Below, piece after piece: positions 1 to 6,988 of a stretch of 58,100 nt of DNA; position 1 is the stretch's first letter; the number at the start of each line of letters is the position of its first letter. The DNA comes from Campylobacterota bacterium (GTDB lineage: Bacteria > Campylobacterota > Campylobacteria > Campylobacterales > Sulfurimonadaceae), in NCBI GenBank assembly GCA_034717975.1, contig JAYEMF010000012.1:1-58100 (forward strand), read 5' to 3'. The position numbers and the translations under genes are program-made. The notes under the pieces are model-generated. The model ran no database searches and had not been told where the DNA came from. It saw nothing but the letters and a program-made list of their open reading frames with translations.

Positions 1-251
1 ACATTTTCGTGATCAAGGCAGGTTCTTGTCAGCGTAGCAGGGCTACGGTGGCAAGGTTCTAACGCAGACTCACGGACATGTATGTAACGCCCTTCGGGAG
101 GGCAAATAAGGCACAATCTTCCGTCCTGAAATCTCTTGCACCCAAGGGCAGGCTTCGCACATTTACCTATGGGTAGTCCTTCAAGATTTTAAAACGAAAT
201 CTTGCACCTTCTTTGCCCTCTGATGATATCCAGGGTTTTTAGAGGTGCCCT
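1..251. mobile_element. MITE-like non-autonomous element, right part, ending in a 32-bp TIR (220-251); inserted in intI
   Basis: 220-251 CTGATGATATCCAGGGTTTTTAGAGGTGCCCT is the exact reverse complement of 57978-58009. Bases 1-83 are identical to 58018-58100. Internal hairpins, no transposase ORF. Confidence 0.85.
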
Positions 252-552
252 TTTGTTCTTGTGCGCGTAACGCTTGAATATTTTGGCTTTTCATATCAAT
301 ACCAAGTACTTCACCATACAAAAAGACTATGGCATAAAAAGCTTGGTTTTGCGTAGTGGAAGATACTTTTCTATCAACAGCCAAGTGTGTTAAAAACTGT
401 TCAATCTCTTCTTTTCCCATTTCAATTGGATGGCGTTTATTATGAAAGAATATAAACTGTTTTATCCACCCTACATAGCTCTTTTCTGTCTTCATACTAT
501 AATGTTTGAGCCTGATTTTGTCACGCGTGATATCGAGTAATTTCTTTTTCAT
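252..552 (-). pseudogene. intI: Integron integrase, N-terminal fragment truncated by the MITE
   Basis: MKKKLLDITRDKIRLKHYSMKTEKSYVGWIKQFIFFHNKRHP...VSSTTQNQAFYAIVFLY is a typical IntI N-terminal domain, divergent from a cassette array. The ORF tail KGTSKNPGYHQ... is translated from the TIR. No catalytic domain in the window. Confidence 0.9.
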
Positions 553-789
553 CTTGTTTCTCCAATTAGAACAAAACGTTCATTAAGTTTCAAAATAAGA
601 CTTAGCAACACATTTACGTTCAAATAAGTCTATTTTCAATACTTAGCACACATTCTTACCATGAGGAAGTTACTCCTAAAACATCAAAAAAATTAAAAAT
701 ATGACATCATGCAATAATCTAACGTATTTATACATCATTTCACAAATATGACTAAGTTAAGTCTTAAGTCTTAGTTGTATAAAATGTGT

Positions 790-810
790 ACTAATAAAGA
801 GTTATAGGTA
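790..810 (+). other. attI recombination site (crossover G|TT at 801/802)
   Basis: CTAATAAAGAG|TTATAGGTA resembles the attI1 core CTAAAACAAAG|TT. GTTATAGGTA (801-810) is the exact reverse complement of TACCTATAAC (1401-1410) at the start of attC1. Confidence 0.8.
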
Positions 811-827
811 CTAACAAAAGGAAAGAA

Positions 828-1409
828 ATGAAATGCTCGATATTTATTGCCCCGAGTGTAGATGGGTATATTGCAACTGAAGATGGAGGAGTCCATTGGT
901 TAGAAACAGCTGGAAAATCTGTATCAGACATTGATGAAAAATCTGAGTTAATGCAACATTTCAACAATTCTATGCCAAATTATATGCAGAATATTGATTG
1001 TATGATCATAGGACGAAAACTAATGGAAGTACTTTCAAGTTTTAACTTGACTCCTGAACAATGGCCCTATGGAAACACCAAAATTATTGCGCTCAGTAGT
1101 ACAATAAAAGAAGCACCCGAAAATTTACAAGAACATGTCGAAATATATTCCGGATCAATCCCTTTGTTAATATCTAAACTAGAGAATGAAGGATACAAAC
1201 ATGCTTATGTTGATGGTGGCACGACTATCACATCTTTTTTTAATCTAGAACTTATTAATGAAATGACATTGACACTAGCCCCTGTGTTATTAGGGTCAGG
1301 AATACCACTTTTTGGTAAATTGTCAAAACAGATAAAACTTGAAGATGCAAAAGCAACGACATTTCCAAATAATTTTGTTGAACTTAAATACAGCGTAAAA
1401 TACCTATAA
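828..1409 (+). CDS. Cassette 1: dihydrofolate reductase-fold / RibD C-terminal domain protein
   Basis: Motifs IAPSVDGYIA, IIGRK, YVDGG..TI, APVLLGSGIPLF. Stop codon lies in the attC1 R'' box. Confidence 0.85.
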   Translation: MKCSIFIAPSVDGYIATEDGGVHWLETAGKSVSDIDEKSELMQHFNNSMPNYMQNIDCMIIGRKLMEVLSSFNLTPEQWPYGNTKIIALSSTIKEAPENLQEHVEIYSGSIPLLISKLENEGYKHAYVDGGTTITSFFNLELINEMTLTLAPVLLGSGIPLFGKLSKQIKLEDAKATTFPNNFVELKYSVKYL

Positions 1410-1474
1410 CAATTACGAGGAGAGAAATCTGTGACCGCGAGCGGATCACAGATTCCTCACGACGAACGTTAGCG
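1404..1474 (+). repeat. attC1
   Basis: CTATAAC...GAGGAGAGAAATCTGTGACCGCGAGCGGATCACAGATTCCTC...GTTAGCG; imperfect palindrome with TAAC/GTTA ends. Confidence 0.9.
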
Positions 1475-1484
1475 AAGGAAAAAT

Positions 1485-1784
1485 ATGAATGCCGGAACTG
1501 TATGGTTATTAATTTTTGCTCTTGTTCAATTTACACCTACATTGATAATTATATTTTCTGGTCGTGTTCAAGGTCGAAAGAAGTTTTATTGGATACTTAT
1601 CTCACTTCTGTCGGTAATAATCTTGCCAATAATTACAATTACTGTCTATGATGGTAATTTTTCTCAACATAGTATGATTGGTTATAGCTACTTGTATGTA
1701 TGGCTAGTGTTATGTGTATTCATATTAATGAATTCAAGAAAAAGACTACAAAAAGCTAACAACACTTTGGAGAGAAATAGTTGA
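1485..1784 (+). CDS. Cassette 2: small hypothetical membrane protein (~3 TM)
   Basis: 99 aa, hydrophobic, SD AAGGA; reads into attC2. Confidence 0.75.
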   Translation: MNAGTVWLLIFALVQFTPTLIIIFSGRVQGRKKFYWILISLLSVIILPIITITVYDGNFSQHSMIGYSYLYVWLVLCVFILMNSRKRLQKANNTLERNS

Positions 1785-1823
1785 CCCTGCGGGCACAACT
1801 ATTTCTCTAGTCCAACGTTATGT
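1754..1823 (+). repeat. attC2
   Basis: AGCTAAC...GGAGAGAAATAGTTGACCCTGCGGGCACAACTATTTCTC...GTTATGT. R'' complements the cassette-2 start GTTAGC. Confidence 0.92.
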
Positions 1824-1854
1824 TCAAAAGCAATATTTACTTCAATAAAATTCA

Positions 1855-1863
1855 TGTTATAAT
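1855..1863 (+). promoter_or_regulatory. Cassette-3 internal promoter (extended -10)
   Basis: TGTTATAAT upstream of SD AAAGGA and ATG 1891. Confidence 0.6.
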
Positions 1864-1890
1864 TATCCGTATAATTAAAAGGATAATATT

Positions 1891-2184
1891 ATGGTGGCAT
1901 ATACACAAAATGAGTTAGCATCTGCAACTGAAATATCCAAACAATTTGGAGAATACATCTCTAAAGTTAAAAATGGACTTGTTGATAAAATTGGTGTACT
2001 AAAAAACAATAAGCTAAATGCAGTAATTTTATCTGTGGAAGAGTACGAAAAAATGTCAGAAGCAATGGATTTACTTGAAGATATGACAATATATGAAGAG
2101 ATTAAAGATAGATTAGCTTCAAATCAAAAACTACTTGATGGTGATGATGTATTGAAAAAGCATGGGCTATCTTTAGATGTATGA
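1891..2184 (+). CDS. Cassette 3: Phd/YefM-type antitoxin
   Basis: SATEISKQFGEYI...VLKNNKLNAVILSVEEYE pattern; overlaps the downstream toxin. Confidence 0.85.
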   Translation: MVAYTQNELASATEISKQFGEYISKVKNGLVDKIGVLKNNKLNAVILSVEEYEKMSEAMDLLEDMTIYEEIKDRLASNQKLLDGDDVLKKHGLSLDV

Positions 2185-2488
2185 CTTCAAGTTTTATGAA
2201 GAAGCAGAAAAAGACCTTTCAAAGTTAAACAACAGTGTGAAAAAACTTTTTGTTAAAAAATTAACTCAAATTATCAACAATCCGGAAATTGGTAAAGATT
2301 TAGGTAATAAAAACAACTTAAACCTATCAGGTCTAAAAAAAGTATATTTTGACAACAAAAGATATAGAATAGTTTATGAGATCAAAAACAAAGAAATTAT
2401 TATTCATATCATTGCTATTGGCAAAAGAGACAATATGAAAGTTTACAAAGAAGCAAGCCAAAGACACGAAAAACATAACAAGTCGTAG
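2177..2488 (+). CDS. Cassette 3: RelE/StbE-family toxin
   Basis: FYEEAEKDLSKL...RYRIVYEI...IHIIAIGKR..VY. Confidence 0.88.
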   Translation: MYDFKFYEEAEKDLSKLNNSVKKLFVKKLTQIINNPEIGKDLGNKNNLNLSGLKKVYFDNKRYRIVYEIKNKEIIIHIIAIGKRDNMKVYKEASQRHEKHNKS

Positions 2489-2542
2489 CACACCAATAAA
2501 AACCCTCGAACGAGTTTTTATTAGTGAACTCAACCGTTAACT
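2473..2542 (+). repeat. attC3
   Basis: ACATAAC...CACCAATAAAAACCCTCGAACGAGTTTTTATTAGTG...GTTAACT. R'' complements the cassette-3 start GTTATGTT. Confidence 0.9.
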
Positions 2543-2563
2543 TTCAAAACAACATTTCACAAC

Positions 2564-2593
2564 TTGACAAAAAAAGTATAATTAAAGTATAAT
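2564..2593 (+). promoter_or_regulatory. Cassette-4 internal sigma70 promoter
   Basis: TTGACA (2564-2569), 18 nt, TATAAT (2588-2593); repeated AAAGTATAATT motif. Confidence 0.7.
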
Positions 2594-2618
2594 TTCTATA
2601 TCTACAAAAAGGACTTGC

Positions 2619-2891
2619 ATGAAATTTGAGTATGATAAGAATAAGAGCCAAATCAATAAAGAAAAACATGGTATTGATTTTGTTGATGCACAAAATTTAT
2701 GGCAAGATGAAAATGCACTTATTGTTCCAGCAAATATTATTGATGATGAAACAAGGTATGCCTTAATTTCAACATTTAAAGATAAATGCTATACAGCTAT
2801 CTTTACACTTAGAGATGAAATATATCGAATAATTAGTGTTAGAAGATGCAGAAAAAATGAGGAAAGAAATTATGAAAAAAATAACAGCTGA
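2619..2891 (+). CDS. Cassette 4: BrnT-family toxin
   Basis: MKFEYDKNKSQINKEKHGIDF...ETRY...YRIISVRR. Confidence 0.9.
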   Translation: MKFEYDKNKSQINKEKHGIDFVDAQNLWQDENALIVPANIIDDETRYALISTFKDKCYTAIFTLRDEIYRIISVRRCRKNEERNYEKNNS

Positions 2892-3141
2892 AGAATTTGA
2901 TACTAAATTTGATACTGGTGAAGATATTGATGAATACTTAGATTTCTCAACAGCAATTAGACTTAAAGATGTCCAGAAACTCAAAACAGAAACAAAAAAA
3001 GTAAATGTAGATTTTCCTGAATGGGTAATTGAATCTTTAGATAAAGAAGCAAAAAAAATAGGTGTAACAAGACAATCAATTATTAAAGTTTGGATAGCTG
3101 AACGACTTAAAGAAGAGGCTGGACATCTACAAGTAAGTTAA
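2872..3141 (+). CDS. Cassette 4: BrnA/CopG-type (RHH) antitoxin
   Basis: MKKITAEEFDTKFDTGEDI...VNVDFPEWVIESLDKEAKKIGVTRQSIIKVWIAERL; ATG at 2872 preferred over the track start. Confidence 0.88.
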   Translation: MKKITAEEFDTKFDTGEDIDEYLDFSTAIRLKDVQKLKTETKKVNVDFPEWVIESLDKEAKKIGVTRQSIIKVWIAERLKEEAGHLQVS

Positions 3142-3203
3142 CAAAACCTCGTAGCCAATAAATGCCCTAACGGACATTTATTAGCTAGAGTCAACCGTTA
3201 TCT
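3136..3203 (+). repeat. attC4
   Basis: AGTTAAC...AGCCAATAAATGCCCTAACGGACATTTATTAGCT...GTTATCT. R'' complements the cassette-4 start GTTAACTT. Confidence 0.9.
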
Positions 3204-3217
3204 CCAAAACCACAAAC

Positions 3218-3246
3218 TTGAAAAAAGTTAACATTTATGTTAACAT
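3218..3246 (+). promoter_or_regulatory. Cassette-5 promoter with palindromic operator
   Basis: TTGAAA-17-TAACAT overlapped by the inverted repeat GTTAACAT-TT-ATGTTAAC (3227-3244). Confidence 0.6.
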
Positions 3247-3252
3247 GTACAT

Positions 3253-3585
3253 ATGAAAGAAATAAAATTCTATCAAAAGTCCTATTGAGAATTTTCTTAA
3301 TTCACTCTCTGCAAAAGAAGCTCAAAAAGTAACTTGGGTTTTGAGTTTGATTGAAGAGATGGAAACAATTTCCACAAAATTTTACAAAAAGCTTAGCAAT
3401 AGTGATGGGATTATAGAAGTTAGAGCTCAAATTGGTAAAAAAATTTTAGACTTTTAGGTTTTGAAGATGAAGGGACATTTGTAGTACTCACAAATGGCTT
3501 TAAAAAGAAAGATCAAAAAGTTCCAAAATCTGAAATATCATTGGCTCAGCAAAGAAAAGATGAATATCTTTCAAGAGGAGATTAA
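3253..3585 (+). pseudogene. Cassette 5: HigB/RelE (Gp49-like) toxin with two frameshifts
   Basis: Reconstructed MKEIKFYQ / KSPIENFLNSLSAKEAQKVTWVLSLIEE...[12 protein letters not shown] / [46 protein letters not shown]. Frame breaks near 3276 and 3440. Confidence 0.82.
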
Positions 3586-3586
3586 T

Positions 3587-3862
3587 ATGAGTGACTTAAA
3601 AAAATATATCGCAAAAAGAAAAAAAATCGATTCAGAGTTTGCAGAAAACTTTGAAGATGGCTATCAGGAGTTTAAAATTGGTGAAATGTTAAAACAAGCT
3701 AGAAAAGAGACTGGACTAACACAAGAAGAGATGGCTCTTGCAATGCACACAAAAAAGTCTGCAATATCAAGAATAGAAAATCATGCTCAAGATATTAGAC
3801 TTTCAACACTTCAAGCTTTTGCTCACATTATGGGTAAAGAACTAAAGATACAACTCGTTTAA
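3587..3862 (+). CDS. Cassette 5: HigA-like XRE HTH antitoxin
   Basis: MSDLKKYI...LKQARKETGLTQEEMA..MHTKKSAISRIEN; SD GAGGAG before ATG 3587. Confidence 0.88.
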   Translation: MSDLKKYIAKRKKIDSEFAENFEDGYQEFKIGEMLKQARKETGLTQEEMALAMHTKKSAISRIENHAQDIRLSTLQAFAHIMGKELKIQLV

Positions 3863-3864
3863 AG

Positions 3865-3934
3865 AGATAACAAATCATCGAAGAGAAATAGTTGACCCTG
3901 TGGGTACAACTATTTCTCAAGTCCAACGTTAACC
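3865..3934 (+). repeat. attC5
   Basis: AGATAAC...GAGAAATAGTTGACCCTGTGGGTACAACTATTTCTC...GTTAACC; near-identical to attC2. Confidence 0.92.
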
Positions 3935-3939
3935 ACTAG

Positions 3940-3968
3940 TTGATTTTTTTCAACCATTGTAGTATAAT
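3940..3968 (+). promoter_or_regulatory. Cassette-6 internal promoter
   Basis: TTGATT-17-TATAAT upstream of SD AAAGGA. Confidence 0.65.
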
Positions 3969-3989
3969 GTAGATACAAAAGGATACAAT

Positions 3990-4217
3990 ATGAAAAAAGC
4001 AATCAATATCCGTATGGATGAAACCCTATTAACAGATTTAGACTCTTATGCTCATGAGTTAGAGCGTTCACGGACTTATATTATAGAAAAAGCTGTAAGC
4101 ACTTATTTTGATACTTTAGATGAAATGATTTCAGACAAAAGAATAGATGAACTAAAAACTGGAAAAACTGAAGTTTATTCCCTTGAAGAAGTGGCACAAA
4201 AACTTGGTCTTAATTAA
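3990..4217 (+). CDS. Cassette 6: ribbon-helix-helix (RelB/CopG-like) antitoxin
   Basis: KAINIRMDETLL..LD..A..LERSRTYIIEKAV...YSLEEVAQKLGL. Confidence 0.85.
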   Translation: MKKAINIRMDETLLTDLDSYAHELERSRTYIIEKAVSTYFDTLDEMISDKRIDELKTGKTEVYSLEEVAQKLGLN

Positions 4218-4468
4218 TGTTCAAAATCATCATTCCAAAAGCCACTTTTAAAGAATTAGAAAAAATTTATATTGAAAATCAAAAACTTATTTATTCAAAA
4301 ATACAAGACTTAGAGAAGGGTTTATTTACAACGGATAAAGCCCTTAAAGGCAAATACAAGGGGAAGTTCCGAAAAAAAGCGGGTGATTATAGAATTGTTT
4401 ATTTAAAAGAAAATGATATTTTAGTTATCACTTTAATCAGAATAGCTCACAGAAAAGAGGTTTATTAA
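4217..4468 (+). CDS. Cassette 6: RelE/StbE-family toxin
   Basis: KALKGKYKGKFRKKAGDYRIVY...IRIAHRKEVY; TAATG coupling with the antitoxin. Confidence 0.9.
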   Translation: MFKIIIPKATFKELEKIYIENQKLIYSKIQDLEKGLFTTDKALKGKYKGKFRKKAGDYRIVYLKENDILVITLIRIAHRKEVY

Positions 4469-4470
4469 AG

Positions 4471-4540
4471 GTCTAACAAAACCTAGGAGAGAAATAAGTA
4501 ACCCTGGCGGGCGACTTATTTCTCAAGTCAACCGTTAAAC
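4471..4540 (+). repeat. attC6 (last of the array)
   Basis: GTCTAAC...GGAGAGAAATAAGTAACCCTGGCGGGCGACTTATTTCTC...GTTAAAC. Confidence 0.88.
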
Positions 4541-4691
4541 ACAAAGAAATAAATTGCATGAAATAATGAAGAGCATCATATTCAAACGATCAGTATGAAA
4601 AAACAGTCGATCAAAGCGAGTATGTATTTCTCTCAATGTATGGCCGACCGTTTAACGATGGTATAATTAAAGCAACGATAAGAGGGGGAAT

Positions 4692-5216
4692 ATGATGAGA
4701 AAAATTGCATTGATAATGCTGTTTGCCCTGCCGCTGTTTTCGGCTTCATTGAGCCTGAAAGAGGGTTTTGTAGCGGCACATACCGAAATGATGATAGATA
4801 GCACGATCAATCCGATGGCAACGCATCTGGAAGCCAATATTGAGATGGATGATGATGTGACGTCGCTTCGTGGCGAGGTCACTGTCCGTGTAACTGATTT
4901 CAGCAGTGACAATTCGGATCGTGATAAAAATATGCATGAGACCCTTGAAAGTGATAAGTTTGAAGAAATGGCTTACACGATTAGATCGGTCACGAAGCAG
5001 GAGTCTGGCTACAGTATCGATGGAGAGTTGAACCTTCATGGCGTAAGCAAGCCTGTTTCGTTTGAAGGCGAGATCACCAATAGTGAAGAGAGTGTCGTTA
5101 TCCGTGCAAAATCGTCGGTATTGTTTAGTGACTTTGATGTTGAAATGCCCTGCCTGCTCTTTATGTGTGTGCGTGATCAGGTAGATCTCTTCATCAAAGC
5201 TTCATTCAGCAAGTAA
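4692..5216 (+). CDS. YceI-family periplasmic lipid/polyisoprenoid-binding protein
   Basis: Signal peptide; SDNSDRDKNM, GELNLHGVSKPV motifs. Confidence 0.85.
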   Translation: MMRKIALIMLFALPLFSASLSLKEGFVAAHTEMMIDSTINPMATHLEANIEMDDDVTSLRGEVTVRVTDFSSDNSDRDKNMHETLESDKFEEMAYTIRSVTKQESGYSIDGELNLHGVSKPVSFEGEITNSEESVVIRAKSSVLFSDFDVEMPCLLFMCVRDQVDLFIKASFSK

Positions 5217-5228
5217 CGAGGTCATCTG

Positions 5229-6008
5229 TTGAGCGAAATTATCATTATTGCGGCGATTGCTCTTTTCGCCGTACCGGGCATTCTATTCTACCTTTTTCAG
5301 CATAAGCTCGTTTTCTCTCCCCATTACTATCCTGAACGCTCTTTTTTTGCTGAGCACTCGCATGATTATCAATTTCAGCATCTGAATGTGGCTCCCGGCA
5401 TTGAGCTGGAAGGGATGATCTACTCGCCGGAGAATCCGATAGCGACGGTGCTCTATTTTGGCGGGAAAGAACAAGACAGTGTTGCTCTCATCGGCAGGCT
5501 TTCGCAGCGCTATCCGAATGTACGTATTGTCACTTTTAACTATAGGGGTTATGGCCATAGCGGTGGAGTGCCGAGAGAAGCTGCTATTCTTTCTGATGCG
5601 GTGGTTCTGTATGACTGGGCAGTACAAAGATATGACTATGTCGATCTTTTAGGCTACAGTCTTGGCTCATCGGTCGCTGCTTATGTTGCATCAAAACGAA
5701 CAACAGGAAAGGTAGTGCTGGTGTCGGCTTTTGATTCGGCGCAGGCACTGATAAAGTCAAAGACGGCTATTGTTCCCAAGTGGCTGATCCGATGCCGGTT
5801 TGAGACGGTTGAGTATGTAAAGGATATCAGTGCGCCTGTCTATCTTTTCACTACGCTGGATGATGAAGTCATTCCGCAATCGCATATCGATAACCTGCGC
5901 GGACATATCCGGAATTTAGCCGGAACTAAAGCATTCAGCGGGTACAATCACGCCCAATTACTCTTCAGTGACGAACTGAAAATTGAACTGGACAAGGTGT
6001 TCTCGTAG
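5229..6008 (+). CDS. Alpha/beta hydrolase
   Basis: YRGYGHSGG and the GYSLG nucleophile elbow; N-terminal anchor. Confidence 0.85.
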   Translation: MSEIIIIAAIALFAVPGILFYLFQHKLVFSPHYYPERSFFAEHSHDYQFQHLNVAPGIELEGMIYSPENPIATVLYFGGKEQDSVALIGRLSQRYPNVRIVTFNYRGYGHSGGVPREAAILSDAVVLYDWAVQRYDYVDLLGYSLGSSVAAYVASKRTTGKVVLVSAFDSAQALIKSKTAIVPKWLIRCRFETVEYVKDISAPVYLFTTLDDEVIPQSHIDNLRGHIRNLAGTKAFSGYNHAQLLFSDELKIELDKVFS

Positions 6009-6961
6009 TGAGCAAAGAAGCAGTCATATTACTTAATATGGGAGGGCCGAACAACCTCAATGAGGTAGAACTATTCCTCAAAAATATGTTCAATGATCCG
6101 AATATCCTTACTATGAAAAGCTCCCTGCTGCGCAAGTTTGTAGCAGGTATGATCACTTTTAGCAGGGCAGAGTCATCTCAGGAGATATATCGGGCGTTGG
6201 GTGGAAAGTCACCTATTGTCGATCATACGAAAAAACTGGTGGCTACCCTGCAGGAAAAGCTTTCAGATGAGAGTGTCATCGTTGATTTTGCCATGCGCTA
6301 TACCCCGCCATTTGCTACGGATGTCCTTGAAAGCCTGAAAGAGCATGATATCTCCAAGATCTACCTGATCCCTCTTTATCCTCAGTATTCAAGTACGACC
6401 ACGAAATCATCACTGGAAGATTTTGAAGAGGCCTTTCATAAAAGCGGCATCGATGCCGTGCTGGTCGAGATCAAACACTATTATGAGAACACGCTTTACA
6501 ATAAGGCCGTTCTTGAACGGATAAAAGAGCAGGTTGAGGGGAGAGAGCTTCATGATTTGGATCTCATCTTTTCGGCACATGGGCTGCCTCAGAAGATCGT
6601 CGAGAGCGGTGATCCCTATCAGCGCCACATCGAGCGTCATGTCGATATCCTCAAGGCGATACTCAAAGAGGAGGGGATGGAGTTCCATGATGTGCATCTG
6701 GCCTATCAGTCCAAAGTCGGGCCGATGAAATGGCTTGAACCGGGTCTGGAAGAGAAGCTTGGCAAGATACGCAATCGCGGTGTCGTGATCTATCCTATCG
6801 CCTTCACCATCGATAACTCCGAAACAGACTTTGAACTTGGTGTTGAGTATAAAGAGATCGCCGATGAGATGGGTTTTAAAGAGTACCTGGTCTGCGAATG
6901 TGTAAATGACCATCCGCTTTTCGTGGATGCCCTTACGGATATCTATCATAAGATGAAATAA
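6008..6961 (+). CDS. hemH: Ferrochelatase
   Basis: LLNMGGP, PLYPQYSSTTT, FSAHGLP, YQSKVGPMKWLEP. Confidence 0.95.
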   Translation: MSKEAVILLNMGGPNNLNEVELFLKNMFNDPNILTMKSSLLRKFVAGMITFSRAESSQEIYRALGGKSPIVDHTKKLVATLQEKLSDESVIVDFAMRYTPPFATDVLESLKEHDISKIYLIPLYPQYSSTTTKSSLEDFEEAFHKSGIDAVLVEIKHYYENTLYNKAVLERIKEQVEGRELHDLDLIFSAHGLPQKIVESGDPYQRHIERHVDILKAILKEEGMEFHDVHLAYQSKVGPMKWLEPGLEEKLGKIRNRGVVIYPIAFTIDNSETDFELGVEYKEIADEMGFKEYLVCECVNDHPLFVDALTDIYHKMK

Positions 6962-6988
6962 AAAACGTTACGTTCTTTAAAATCAGTT

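Noticed and set aside
828..1409. Cassette 1 as a dfrA trimethoprim-resistance gene
   Set aside because: It lacks the DfrA-type IG...IPW motif and matches the broader RibD C-terminal family. Resistance cannot be claimed.
3494..3586. N-terminal extension of the HTH antitoxin in the ORF track
   Set aside because: It overlaps the toxin pseudogene in another frame; the SD supports ATG 3587.
1404..4540. Recurring palindromic repeats read as a CRISPR array or simple terminators
   Set aside because: They are ~70 bp, separated by whole genes, and have TAAC/GTT core ends matching cassette boundaries. They are attC sites, and no cas genes are present.
4692..5216. yceI as a seventh cassette
   Set aside because: No attC follows it, its composition matches the backbone, and it is operonic with the hydrolase and hemH.
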